Below, one piece after another: positions 18,354 through 18,381 of a stretch of 18,381 nucleotides of DNA. Source of the DNA: Elusimicrobiota bacterium (GTDB taxonomy: Bacteria > Elusimicrobiota > Elusimicrobia > F11); contig JBJXGI010000027.1 in the NCBI GenBank assembly GCA_046153645.1, positions 1-18,381 on the forward strand, given 5' to 3'. The notes beneath the pieces were generated by a model. It was not told the origin of the DNA, ran no database searches, and was given only the letters and a program-made list of their open reading frames with translations. The position numbers and the translations under genes are program-made. Position 1 is the stretch's first letter. Each line of letters starts with the position of its first letter.

Positions 18354-18381
18354 ATGACAATCGACATGGACGACTCAAATA
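18354..18381 (+). CDS. 5' fragment of a divergent gene (MTIDMDDSN...), possibly a DDE integrase-type transposase
   Basis: CATAAT-AGGAGG-CT-ATG ACA ATC GAC ATG GAC GAC TCA AAT, open to the window edge. SD spacing is only 2 nt to the first ATG and 14 nt to the second (18366). Confidence 0.4.

Larger units (their letters stand above)
18257..18381 (+). mobile_element. Probable left end of an insertion sequence (tandem subterminal repeats followed by the start of a putative transposase)
   Basis: Iterated 23-bp repeats followed within about 35 bp by a gene start MTIDMDDSN. From memory, both the repeat and this N-terminus resemble ends and transposases of rve/DDE integrase-type IS elements. Only 9 codons are visible, so this is unverified. 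Confidence 0.45.

Noticed and set aside
18161..18367. 68-aa minus-strand ORF
   Set aside because: It runs through the direct repeats and the TA promoter and overlaps the antitoxin start out of frame; no protein-like features.

Overview
Bacterial chromosomal segment from a diderm organism (lptD is present). It is almost entirely one tightly packed minus-strand gene string. In transcription order (right to left): a truncated RHH antitoxin fused to a start-less RelE-family toxin remnant, an AAA_14/DUF4143-type ATPase, trpD-trpC-trpF-trpB-trpA-accD-folC, a ROK sugar kinase, lptD, ugd, two DPM-synthase-like GT2s, a DegT-family aminotransferase, a UDP-glucuronate 4-epimerase-like SDR, another GT2, and wecC (runs off the left edge). 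The far right holds a pair of 23-bp direct repeats and the start of a divergent + strand gene, probably the end of an insertion sequence. Main oddities: (1) accD has an in-frame TAA at codon 4, upstream of its zinc finger, at a T3A8 run inside the end of trpA. (2) The trp genes lack trpE/trpG and any visible attenuator here, and are headed by an ATPase of unknown function that overlaps trpD (ATGA) and has a palindrome at its start. (3) The toxin-antitoxin pair looks collapsed by an internal deletion while keeping an intact promoter/operator and DNA-binding domain. All family calls come from motif recognition by eye; no searches were run.
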